Shown in pieces: positions 47,801 to 61,000 of a stretch of 64,000 nt of DNA (positions within the stretch are counted from its first letter, which is position 1; every line of letters begins with the position of its first letter). Both the position numbers and the translations under genes were made by a program. This DNA is from Iphione sp. A-MEVVRFRX5 (Eukaryota): the NCBI GenBank assembly GCA_976226885.1, contig OZ320317.1:38564001-38628000 (forward strand). Reading direction: 5' to 3'. A model generated the notes under the pieces. It was not told where the DNA came from and searched no databases. It worked only from the letters and a program-made list of their open reading frames with translations.

Positions 47801-50800
47801 TACCCCTTATCGATAGAGAAAATTCTTGTAGTTCTAGATTTGGAATCTTTGATATGCAGTCATTGACGTATAACAATGTGTCTTGTTTTCAAACAAGGAA
47901 TGTATCAGGCCTCAATCTTTTCCCAGTTTTACGTACCAGACGATAGGGCTCAATTATCAGCTGGTGTTTGAACGCCAGAATGGTGCCGCAAACGACATAC
48001 GACGCTATAGCCAAAGACTCATTCTTTTCAAGACCGACTGAAACCTGCAATGTTCCACCCCGGGAATTGTGGAAAGCCATTATGGCATTAATATTGATCC
48101 TTTACCAATGACATTTATAAGTGCTATCTCCATAATAACATTTACAGTGTTCACTATTGGAAGAACACTGTTTTATGCTTTGTGTAGGCTTCCCCGGATG
48201 GCTTCAGGCTGCTGGCTGGAAACAATGGCCATCCTGACGACGAAAGTATTTTCATCGCGAGTTCTCTTTTCTTATGTGGAATAAATACAGACCAATATTC
48301 CAGCAGCCAATCAGAAGTACTTTAACGGTAAAACCCAACATTAATGCCATGCAAGAACGTTCTGTCAGATGTCACCGGAAGTACATAAAACTCTTATTTC
48401 TCAAATCCATAAAATTCAATATCCTCTGAATAATGATTTTATTTCCTTCTCGCCTACGGATGTGTAGATTAATAAACATGTAAAATACGAAAGATGAAAC
48501 GCAAAAAGGTCGGCTGTTATTTGCCTTATCAATCATTCACGTTTCGTTAACGTCGTCATTATTTGTTTGACTTTCGTACAAATAAGTCTTAAGAATTCAT
48601 AATTGAATCCTAAAAAATTCAAATTAGATTTGCGTGTCAATTACTCGTGCTGTCGTAAAAAAATGGAACTTCCCTGATTTGTTTCCTTAGTAAAGAATGC
48701 ATCGACGACATTCTAACAACCAGTAATTGAAAACTTCAGGGTGATAGGTTCACCGCCAGAATCAAAATACATGCGACCACGTGATTTCAATTAACATTTT
48801 GAACTAGACTTTTGAACTCAACTTTGGTCAAATTTCACTTCATTAATTTGTTAACCTATTGAGAGAAGGAGAAATATAGAATTTAATCCAGTGCTTTAAA
48901 AAAATCAAAGCCCCTACGTTTCCAGTCTAAATTGGCGTTATTTCTATTTTTTTTGTTAAAAGGAGGAGTGGAGTATAGCTACTATCTGATGACCTGTACA
49001 CCAAGCAAGCTGACCACACATGGAGTGGCATTGGTAACTCTCTGAGTGCCAACTTTTAGGGAGGAGAGCCTGGGCAAACAAGCTGTACCGGTTTACAATA
49101 CAAATAGTCGCCGAGCTATAGACTGCGGCGCTATCGTCGAGGCGGCATATTGGTTCCTGTTCGTCCTCTGCTGTATGCGGCCGGCGGCGTAGACCTGTGC
49201 ATTATGTATGAGTTTTTGTCATTGTCAACCGCACTGTTGTAGTTGGAAGCCACCACATCGGCGCATAACACGCACGTCACCTCCTCACTTTGATAGATTC
49301 TAGCTGTCTGCTCGAGTTTCAAAGCCGAAGCTACTCAAGAGATTCCACGCATATGGTATGGGTCTCTCCATCTGTAACATCATTCTATTCTTGGGGGGCT
49401 GGGGGGTTGGGCTTTACATCAGAATCATGCACACGTTTTGTGGCCTGTCTCCCTTCATTTGGGCTAACAATCGGAATGTCAACCAACAATATGACTCAGA
49501 ATTCCGATGTAACATTAGGTAAAAGGATAAAAAAAGTGACGATAGCCATAAAGCCAACGAATCTGTAAAGAAACAGTGGCAGTTGGATGCAGGAAATGGC
49601 TTTAGCATAAATAAACATTATTTGTCCCCGTTCTTGATGGATAGATATGACACAGATGTCACGACATAAATTGAATGAGAGCGAGAGAGACATGCGGAGG
49701 ACCATAGGCAAAGACTATCATCTCATTGTGTACAGGCTTGAGTGTATGATACGCAGATGCAATACGGTGAGCGATTGGATAAGTGTCATGCAATGCCACA
49801 ACGTAAAAGTAATTCACATTCAACGTTGGATAAAGCGAGCAGATCAGGGTTAAAAATAGACTACAACCATCAGTGGTAATTTGATTGCCACCAAACGTAA
49901 ACATTTAACTTTTCTTTTCGTCCGGGGCATTTAACTTTTTTTCTAGGGCGGGACCGGAGTGAAAATGAGTCTGTACTCAATTGGATAGGACTTGGGTCGT
50001 ACCTCGTAGCGCCCCTGTTGGCGTCTTGCTGTGTGGGCGGGCCGTGTCATTGGTTATTTGCTGGCAAGGTGTAGCCTCTGCTAAGGTGGCGTACCTTACA
50101 CGTGCACCCATCGCTCACCGGCTTGCCCTGCCTATGTAACGTTTCATCAGCGTAGATACCACCAGGTTGGGTGTCATAGGTACGGGCAAGTGTAAAGCGG
50201 CCTGACGCCATACGGGGTCCTCTCGTAGCCCTGGTTTTTCTGGTGCTCCTTCTATTCTTTGTCTTCCTCCTCTTCGTCCTGCTTCTGTTCCTCCCGTTCT
50301 TGCTGCCGCTGCTCCTTCTCCTATCGTAAGGCTTTCCTCTCACCCGACAAATAACGTGTCATACACACAGCTCAAAGGCTACCGTTTGAATGGCCAACTA
50401 GACCCACCATTGGCGGAAACGGACCCTACTTCGTTTTCATTTTCGTCAGAGTGGCCATCGGATGCCATGCCATCCACATGGACCAGGCTTCTCTGATCCT
50501 CCGTTCGGCTGCCAGAAGGCTTAACTTGTTACGGACAGCCGAAAAAATTCCCTCCCCTCTGCTTTGATTTTCCAGTCGAAGGAAGACGTAATTACTCGCA
50601 TCAAAACATACGTAAGTAGGAGAGGTGAACGAATCGGGAAACTTCTCGCTGTAAATAGAATCTTTTATTTAATTCAAAGAGTTTAGGAAATATCTCGGTT
50701 ATTTCTTCCTCATCTTCGGCAGCGAGGCGCCTGTGTGCGCTGTCGCTGACCTCCGGATAAAAAAGAGGAGGATCCACGGCGGCTCTGATCATCCTAACTG

Positions 50801-53305
50801 GAGGCGTCCTATTAGATCAGGCAAAAGAAGCTGGATAGCGACTGCTCAGACCTCTTACACACCGAGACACACAGGCACACATGTCATCGGCATGGACACG
50901 CTACCTACCTCCTAATCACTGCAGACAATTTGTTGCGTGCAGCGGAATAAAAAGGTATACATAGAAGGTGCCGAAACCCAACATACAATGCTGTGAGGAG
51001 TATTCTCTCTTGTGAGTAAAGATTTATTAAGTACCATTTGTCTATGCTATAGTTTCTTTTGAAGCTGTTTTATCTGTATAATATGTCACCCACTTCAAGA
51101 AATATTGGCGCGTACAGCTGCTTTAAAATTTTCTGAAGTCGATCCTTTTAGTGGCTCTCATCCTAATAATAAACTGACAGCAACAGATCGTAGTTGCCAA
51201 CAGAGGATGCTAAATTCAATATATATAGATTCTAAATTTAATAAGTGAATATAACTAATTAAACTAGAAGTCAATAGTACACAAACAGTGACGTCTCGCT
51301 GGGTAGTTCCCATAGATCTGTAGTTTTGGTTCATTGCCGTGTGTGTGTATGTGCAGCAGTGGAAACGAGCCAAACTAGCATATGGGATTAGGCATTCAGT
51401 GGGTTGGGCTGTTACCAATTACCTCAGTACAAACCCAGAGTGGAGATGTGTGGGAACATGTCATGGGTAATTTGTACATGTGCCAAGGTGATAAACACTG
51501 GGTCAAAGGCTTCATTTATGTGGCTTCTTTTATCTCTCAGCATGCACCTCCAGAGGAATTTCGCCAGGACTCTGTACATTTGTTTCAATAAGAATATTTG
51601 ATGCATTCTTACTACAAATACGTCTGTGCAATTTACGTGATGGTGTCGGAGATGAACGCGATCACATCTGGTGTGTTTCTTTTAGCTATGTGCATATAAT
51701 TATACGTGTAGACTGGAAACCTCGCTATGCTGAATTATTATTCCTTGAAGAGGATGTAGAACATAGAAATTCTCAGTCGCTTGAAGGTTTTTCTTATTGT
51801 TAGATTTCGTGCGGGACCTTACAAGGATGATCTTGTCAATTCACAAAGTGTTTGAAACATTTCGTTCTGTCGGACTCCTAATGGGATTACATGTATATTA
51901 TATACTACTAATGTTACACTGTAGAGGTTTCAGTTGTTCGAGTTGATCACTCTTTTCCAAGGTTGGAAACTGATTCTACACTTTCAAACTATGATTTGTT
52001 CGTTTAATGGCCATTTGATTCTATGTGAAGGTATCAGAAATGTTACTGGCACTGTGAAAATGTATTGCCGTCCCTCTGGCCACGTAGAAATTGTTTGCAG
52101 CGTTTTACCGATTTCTGCTCATCTCGGGCGGGTCGCACTATTAATGTAACGCGTGAGATGATAGGTCATGCCCGAAGGTGTACCAGTGTGTTTTTTTATT
52201 GTGGTTGCTTTGGTCCCTTTGAAACCCTCTGATATAGAATAGACAGGTCTATTTTGTATCAATACATCAGCGCAGCTTCCATTCTCCAGTGGTCACGTTA
52301 GGTCACCCATAGGGTCGAGAGGGTAAATTCATCGCATCGCACGTAGAGAGCACGCTGTCAGTACCTCCAGCGTACTGAAGGTGATCATTCATCGTATTGA
52401 ACGTGCATATTTCTTCTCTGTCATATTTTATTTGCCTTTTATCCTTCTCACCTTTTTCTCGTTTACTGACTTGAGGGATTCTTGTAACAAGGTTTTTTTT
52501 TCGATTTCGTGCTATTCTCTTCTCCCTTCTCCAGGACAGCTGATATTGATACATGTACGATGATTTTTTCCCCTACCAGATCGGGCTTCTCGGAACAATA
52601 TCATCGTTGTTCACATCAACACATGCCAGAGCGGGGATGACAATATTATGACTTTGGCATATACTTAGAAAAAAGGTTTTTCAGCGAGACGATGTATTCA
52701 CAAGTGCCAATTTGCCGCCGCGGTATGATTGTGGCCATCCATTGACCACTGAAATGGGCGAGTGAGTTGCTCAGGCATGCGGGTAGCATTAGTGAGGTTA
52801 GACAGAGTAGCTCATCTCAGTCGCATACATATAGCCCATGGATGTTTTGGGCTACTCATAGGCCATAGCAATGTGGCCTGTTGCACAGGGAGTAATAAAC
52901 CATTGGAACACTCACAGACCTCATCTGACTGACCCAGCCATTAATGAAGGGCGCCTTCCGAATATAACGCGAGGATGAATTGCATATATTACTCCAATTT
53001 TATGTGTTGTAAGCAATCTATCTGTGTGTTATATTGTCCAGCTGTGACATAGCGCAGCGAATCGACACTAGGAAGCGGTCATGGTCTGTAAGCCAACTCA
53101 AACATTCCGAAGGCAAAAAGCATACTGGAGTTAAACTGAAAAAAAAACAAGTATCCTTTTATCGCCCTATATTTTTTCATTTTTTACATCTCTTTTATTT
53201 CGCCTGATACTTATATACATGAAGTACATTTTCTCAGGTAAAGTCCTGGATCAGTAGCTCAAGATTGTGCCATTTACAATGAATGGGTGGTGATACATGT
53301 ATATA

Positions 53306-55058
53306 CAGTAGAACCTCCGGATTACGGACACCCTGCGTTCTTCTCTGAATCGTCCGCATTGTAGAAGTGTCCCAATTCCAGAAACAGCTAGTAGTATATG
53401 AGATGAGTAATTGTCAATGGACAAGGCTATTTAATGATACATATAATTTGATTATTGAAAACATAATAAATAATGGAATATCATAATAAATATCAACAAA
53501 TACATACAAGCACATAAGTTAAAGGCTCAATTTAATCAATTCTTTAAAAAGCTGTGTAGAGAAGGCTGGATGACTTTCCTTGCTATGGCCCTCGAGGAAT
53601 GAGCTTGCTGGAGTGAAACCAGGAAGTCAAGACACTCAATGTCTCCTTTAAGCTGGAAATGTTTTTTAATTGTCAGTAGCATATCCTGGATCTGTGATTC
53701 CGTGGTCTCACACTTCTCCTGGCTCTGTGGCTCATCTTGTGGCTTATCCTCGTCATCTTGGTCCTCTGCCTCCCAGTCCTCCTCATCTTTACTGGGAGTG
53801 GCCAAGTCTTCATCAACACTCTTGTATTCATCTGGTGACATTCTGGTCTTCTCAGGGAGCCCCTCTTGGATCTTGGCAAGGAGAAAGATGAGTGGTTCAT
53901 CATCCAGTTCTGGTGGTATCACCACTCTCTCAGCATCCTCTGGCACAGGTCTCACCCCAGCCCTAATGAAGCATGACTCCACTGTCTCAGGCTTCACTGA
54001 CTTGACTGCTGCATGCAGCCATGACACAGCCATCTGCATGTCCACTGAGCCAATGGCTGATCTTGGGTCAGTCTCCTCATCCAGCCTGGAGACAATATAT
54101 TCATACAGTGACTTCTTGTAATGCAGCTTCACTGCTTGAATAATCCCCTGGTTTAAGGGCTGGAGTACTGAGGTCGCATTTGGTGGTAGAAACACCATCC
54201 TCACATTTGAGAGGGTGATTCCACTTCGATGACTGGGTGCATTATCCATGATCAGACACATTTCTCCCCTGGCACTTCATTTTTCTATTGAAGGAATGTA
54301 ACCATTCTTCAAATAGGGGGGTTGTCATCCAAGCCCTCCTGTTGTTCCTCCACACTACAGGGAGGGAGGACATGTCTTTGATGTTTCTCCAGCATCTTGG
54401 CTTGGTCAATTTTCCTATGACCAGGGTTTTTTGCAACTCCCCTAGGGCATTGCAACAGAACATGGCAGTGATGTGTTCCTTGGATTTCTTTGAGGCAGAG
54501 ACATCTGAACCTCTGACACTGAGGGTCTTGTCTGGTAAAACATGAAAAAAGAGACTGGATTCATCAACGTTGTAGATGTCTCTTGGACTGTACCCCTTGA
54601 TTATCATTGGCAGTCGTTCCAGCCACATTTCAATCATTGCCTCATCCACAGCAACACACTCTCCCACAACCTTGAAGCAATCAATGCAGTGCCATTTCTT
54701 GAACTTGTGGAGCCACCCCAAGGACGCTTTGAAATCATCCATGCCCAATTCTTTAGCTACTGCTTTTGCTTTTGTGCAGAGGTGCCAACGCTGAATCAAA
54801 GTGACACATACTCTTTGAGGGCCTCCAGGGATCCTTGAGGTGTAAAATTTGCATGGACATATGAAAAATTTATTTGAGTCACCCCTGAAGGTTGCGTGAC
54901 ATTGATGTCTGTAGGGGGGTGCTTGAAAATTAGCCATCTGCAATGGAGACGTCCTCTTATAATGCTTAACTATAGGAAATCAATCGATTCTGCGTCAAAT
55001 CGTCTGCATTGTAGACGCGTCCGCATCCCAGAGGTGTCCGTGATGGGATGTCCTACTG
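53306..55058 (-). mobile_element. pogo/Tigger-family (Tc1/mariner superfamily) DNA transposon, defective, 1753 bp
   Basis: Imperfect terminal inverted repeats CAGTAG...ACGGACACC at 53306-53332 and 55033-55058, TA on both sides, and DDE_1/CENP-B-like transposase homology inside. Confidence 0.92.
53536..54830 (-). pseudogene. pogo/Tigger transposase, frameshifted, N-terminally deleted, third catalytic Asp lost
   Basis: The frame of ORF 54242-54943 has a partial HTH (FKASLGWLHKFKKWH) and YNVDESSLF. ORF 53536-54261 has IMDNAPSH, FLPPNATSVLQPLNQGII (N where D is expected) and an acidic C-terminal tail. The frames join if 2 bp were lost from a (GT)3 run at about 54256-54260. Confidence 0.9.
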
Positions 55059-58000
55059 TATATATGTAGACACAAAACATGTCTATGGAGAATTCTTCCT
55101 TTGGATGAGACCACATCTGTTAAAGTATGTGTACATTGTAATTCCTTACCTTAAGCTATTCTTATTATGGGCAGTTTTGTAGTACTGAAAAAATAAAGTT
55201 GGTATGGACTTGTCTCTAGAGACAAGATTTGCATTGTTATATTGACTGTCATACAATGTACAAGATTAGCATTGTCATTGAAAGTTTATGAATAATAGGT
55301 TGTCATAAACTCGTCCAAGTAACTAGTTTATCCTTGTCATGATAAAGAAGACTTGTCTCAGAATTGCTTCTGGTCACAAGGTATCATGTCAAATTGATCA
55401 CATATTATGTTCAAGTTTAGCATTGTCATACACTTGTCAATGTCAAGTTGTCATATTTTTTTGTTTCCCAACAGACCATCATGGGAGAATAAACCTATCA
55501 CTGCTTTTTTACGAAAAGCCATAACAAATTGATGTCCCACATTGCTATGAATCTAAAACAGATCCCACAGACATAAGTTATGGTTATAATAATAATGGAA
55601 ATGAAAATGAAATGCATTAATATTAAACAAGTAACAAGTAACAATATCAAGTCTAACTATAATAAAAGAATAAGCAAAAAAAGACTTACTATAGTAGGAT
55701 CCTAACTCATAAAAAGGGTAAAAATTAACAACTCTGACAAAAAATAGGAAAAGGATTACCACACAAAATAAATGAGTCATACAAAAATAGATAATAATAC
55801 AGATCAGTGTAATTTGCTAGACACTCCATGCTGGACATGGTTCTTATGTTTAGCTTAAGAACAAGAGAAGGCCATAGAAAACAGAAGTAAATAAAGAGTC
55901 TGACCTCAACAAAACCAGGAATTGTGACAGGAAACTGCCCTGACTTGCTCTCCCTATTTATTTGCCTATATCATTGTCACAGATATTTTAGATCATCAAA
56001 ATAAGATGACAGCCTTAAAGATGTCATATAGACAACCCACTAACATTGCAAGGACAAGTTCATTTTTTCATTGTATGTATTATGTGCGCATCTGGCATTT
56101 AACAGACATAGGATTCCATCTACTACGTTAGAATTAGCTCTTTTTGCCCTGTTGACTGTGGCTTGCATGACGAGACACAAGAGTCTCAAAGCTATCCAGT
56201 AAGTAACCTGTATCTGAATTACCTCTTACCCTGTAATGTGTACCGGTAGAGATTGAAGTGGGGCACGTGCAAATCTCATTCCACGGCCATTAAACGAGAT
56301 GGCTTGGACAAGAATGAGATCTCCTCCCCCCGCTCCGATTGTTGCCTGGCCCCTGGTTCCTTGCATGTGTGAATAAACTTTTCAACCTCCAACCCTGGCC
56401 TGTCTGACGTGAACGCCGGCCGTGAACATCTTGGCGGACAACAATCATGTTACACATGCCATTCTCACATCGAGGCCGCCCTGAAGCTGCTGATCGCATG
56501 TTAGAAGAGACGAGAGATCGATACAGAGGCACATACAAGTGCTGTGGCAAGAGAGCCTGGGAGGTCAACGTCGTCATATGACAATGCATAGTGTAGATCG
56601 CATGACGCATGTAAGATTTCTTTTCTGGTTTGTAAGGTGGGCGGAGGTACACTTCAGTTCGTTTTCTAAATTTACATAGAAATGTTCTTTGTAAGTATTT
56701 GGGGGAGAATGTTATGCATGAAACGAACAATACAGGTAATATGACGTAATTTTTATAGATTGGAATTAAAACAACCAATGGGGGGGGGATATGAATATAC
56801 CGCAGCCTCGAAAGGCCTAGTTATCCAATTCATATAATTCAGCGTTACCAGCATGTCGGCGAGCACGGATTTTCATATAATTCTGGCAAATATTGATAAA
56901 ATCCAACCTGTCTGCTACATTCTAAACAAGAATGATCAAGCATCTCTTTCTCTTTCGTTCATTTAGGTATTCTAAAAAAGAAATGGAACACGAACGGAGC
57001 TCCGATATGAGAATTTTTCATGTCTTACTCCTGCACATACACGTTAACCTCTGCTGCGTTAACCTCTTTAGAGCACTGTTTACTCTAGATTACTCCATAT
57101 AGTAGGGTATATATAAACAATGCCTTTCTTATGTTTTGAGCGTGGTAAGCAAGAATAATCTTTTTCTTTATGTAGAGACTTTTTACAGTCGATAGGAACG
57201 ATGACCGGCGATAGTCGTTCCCATATTTGTTTCGTTGAGGTGGATAGATTTCGATATACATGTATTCTCTTATCGCTAGTCATTCCGACACTTGTTACAG
57301 TTTCAAGGGAAGGTCTCCGTGTTCACCATGGCGAGAAGTAAAACACTCTTGCATCTAGCATCTTGTATACATAGAACCTTACGAGGCCTAGTCCGGTCAA
57401 ACATGTTATGCTTGGTTCCTAAGGATCCTATGCCAGGTGCAGATTTGAATCTTAACTGATTTCCCTAGATCTTATGGCAATGTTCCCAGGCGCAGTATTG
57501 TCAGTCAGCGGTAGGCTTACCAGCTGACACTACCATCAATAAAGGGACCCATGTGCATCTTTATTTTAGACAGCCAAATAAAGATAAAAGAACAATTCTA
57601 TTGGAATACCGTTCCCTGTCGAACTACAGAAGTCATTTGCAAACGATTTCGTGAAGGGAATTTCTAGCCAAAATTATGAACATATTTCTCCCTCATTTAT
57701 TATTGGGATCGTCTTTTTTGTGTCCTTTGTCCTTTCTTTGTCCTTTCTATTTCCTTTGGGAATGATCTTTCAGTCGGAAATCTGGACATATTTTCAGTCT
57801 GACGGTGCACCATCGCACAATGCAGTAGTTTATATCTACCTGAACGGCGCCGGCCGAGGGGCCGCTGAGAAATAGGTGACCTATGTAGTCGCCTGTACTT
57901 GGCGCCACACAGTTTGGCATCGCCCCGCCCAGCTCACCTGGTACTGGGGCGCCTCACAGGGATCAACTCACGAGAAGTGAGTTACTTCTGTCAGTATTAC

Positions 58001-61000
58001 CCTCAGGATAGACGGAAATCCCACACAGAGAGAAGGCGCCTTAATAATTGCACTAATACAATGCCTACTGTGGCTATGAATGATCGATCAATGCGGTTCC
58101 AAAATAGAAAGGTAATTGATCGTGGCAACATCCTGCTGATGAAAGATGTAATAATAGAGGTCATTTAGTGGCTTCATTCACTGTAATTTTCTCCACGAGA
58201 TTCCTTAATACGAGGTGAGCGATTCTAAAAACCAACAAACGTCGATCGGGTCGAATGCCTCGAAGGTGAGAAAAAAAAAACAAATCGTAATTTTCTCCAT
58301 CTGCTCTTCCCCAATGATCCTTCGCACAAAACCGCGAGGAGTAAGATGAAACGGTGACTTTCACGGCTTGCCAATGCTGCTCTTGCCTAATGGAACCGTC
58401 TTGCATCAGTGAATAGGGGCAAGATGGCCAGTCAGCCATGTCATCACAGCTGAACGAAGAACCCGTCTCCGGACTCATTACAAAACAACGTGTGAATTTT
58501 AGAAGTGCTATGGTGCAGCAGAGCGGAATAATTTAGCCCGAGTGATGACAAGCGACAAGGATCTGCACAACGTGGGAGCTAAACATAAAGTGAGTTCTCA
58601 TTGTGACAGGTACGCTACAATCTGCACAGGGCATCGTGTTATGACATACAGCTCTGTTTTAGAGTATATACGACGATTAGATGTAGTATGCACGCCTGTC
58701 GGTTAGGTTAATTTCGGCCTAATTTTAGGCTTTGTTTTCTATTTGTAGGTAGTTTCCAATGATCTTTCGTTCAGTACTTCAATAACCAATGTAAAGTTTG
58801 CTGTCAACCAACATCGCGAATTATAACACAAAGACATATGGTATTACGTAGGAATAAGGAATATCTTGCTGGCACATGTCTTTAGGACAAAGTAGAGTTA
58901 ACCAAATATATGCATGTACAGCATGAATAATCCCTGCTTTATTATTTTCAGCAACGAACCCAAGTTTCTCATGCGGAGATCAACCCTCTCTGAAAGAGGA
59001 ATGCTGTCAACTAAACGTAACTAATTCCAATTTGAAAAGAAGTTTATAACGGATTATGTAGGTTATGGAAGCAGAAAATAGGATTGTCAGAAAAAAAGAT
59101 TTCTTGTGTCAAGCATTTATAGTAAAACATAATTAAATAAAGAGCATTAAGTTTGATTATAACTGTTTGGAATCGCATACAGGGTATTGGACCAATACCT
59201 GACTCCTAACTATAAACATGTACAGAGAAATGCAGGATATTCCAGGTGTACAAGTGCGCACTACATATTACTACGGAAGCATACTGGCTGTACCCAGTAC
59301 AGTTTTGGAACATTTTGGCAAATGCAAATGATTTAATTCTATCCAGGACATCCAGGACATCCTCACACAGTAGAACATTTTTGAAAATGATGATAGTTAA
59401 GTGAGAATTTCAAATCAAGCTAGAGTAATGAATTGTGATGGTACAACCTGGGAGATAATGCCAGATTTAGTCTATAAATATATAGTCAAGCTTTTTAAAA
59501 GATCAGGTCTTCTCTAGTGACGATTTGGCTTTTAGGTAGCAATAAATTGACCGAAAAGCATGATTTCAAAAGGACAGTAATTGCAGAGAAATCGAAGAAA
59601 CAAAGTTGTGGGCTACACATGCAGGCGGAACGTTCTAGGGGTTCAGTTTAGTGTGTTTGCAGGCATTTGTGCAAGATTGTTTGTAAACATGCAAGTTGCT
59701 CGTAGACTCGTAGGTGTCTGTGTACATAAATTGTGTACGGCGTGGAAAGTGCCGTGTGATAAACCACACTGTTTCCTCTTTGGAACCAGCAAAGCCAGAT
59801 TGTCAGATTCTGATATACCACACCAGCTCTGAATAGAGACGCCCTTACTTCGTACTCCACGCAGATGGCATTCAAAGTTTAGTCATATTTTAAAATCCCG
59901 GAGGTGAGACGGTCTCTTTTCTTCGTCTCCCAACACTAAGTGGAAAACTCACGTCTTGTTTTCAAAAATGCATTAGGCTCGGCGACGGTGCAGTGGGCCC
60001 GCACTGCTATAATGTTACTGAAGGTTGAAAATATCCACCGCCTTGCATGCTAGCACGAAGCCGGCTATTTGCGCCATGCTGTCCAAGGTACCACTTGCGC
60101 TGCACGGTGCTGCTGTCGCTCCCTGTTAAAAAGAGCGAATAGCTCCTGCGCCAACAGGTTTGTGTCCATGGTGCCACACACAGAAAAAGGCTTACTGATG
60201 TCGACACATGTGTATGCTATGTGGGTCACAAGTGCATTTCTTTCGCCGCTAAGAATGTACTATTTTTTTGCATATAGACCTTGTGCGTTTAAGTGATGCT
60301 GCTTGTTGAGATAACCGTTAGTATTTCACTTGCACATGAGCAAAACAGAAAAACAGCCACTAAGAACGAGTAGTGACGGTGGTTAATCTTTACAGTGCAT
60401 TAACATGTGTTCAAATGAAACTCTACTCAGGATATTTATATCGGTTCATACAATCCGTGTTGTTATTATACTTAAATTTTAGTGGCAGGTCCTTTTTGGC
60501 TGGACAGGTGTCTATCATTAACATAAGAACTGAAGGTGATCCGAAAATTTCAGTCAATGACCATAAAGCGTGCAACACTATTTTTTTGGTAATCTCAACA
60601 CCTATTTTGATCAGATTAATCTGCGAGATTTGAGCACTGTAAAAAGCAAAGTTCTGCCAAGTTGCCCACATAATTTTTTATGCATTCTTTCTAGTTTGCT
60701 GGAGAGATCCAGAGAAAATGTAAGACTAACTAGTTGCCGTTTGATTTAATCTGTGATGAAATTATTCTTACAAAAATCCCAAATGAGGACACATTGTATT
60801 TGATGTGATACATTAAACATCGTCACTGGCAGGGCTATTTGCCTTGGAAATGCCGATGACCTCTGGTAACCAAGGGGAAAATTGTATGAACAACGATGCT
60901 TATTTTGGCATCCGCTGGCTACTTTTTATGACTTGTTTTATGTAGCAGGTACCAAGTAGTTCGGTCGTGTGCGCACACGTAGATAATGCATAATTCTCTC

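Noticed and set aside
53639-54121. 160-aa Ser-rich plus-strand ORF
   Set aside because: It is the antisense shadow of the acidic transposase C-terminus.
55209-55226. Perfect 18-bp palindrome CTTGTCTCTAGAGACAAG
   Set aside because: About 0.25 are expected by chance in 64 kb and there is no supporting context.
56225-56290. TACCCTGTA seed resembling miR-10
   Set aside because: The match stops after 9 nt and there is no convincing precursor hairpin. I recognised no conserved miRNA, tRNA, rRNA or snRNA in the window.
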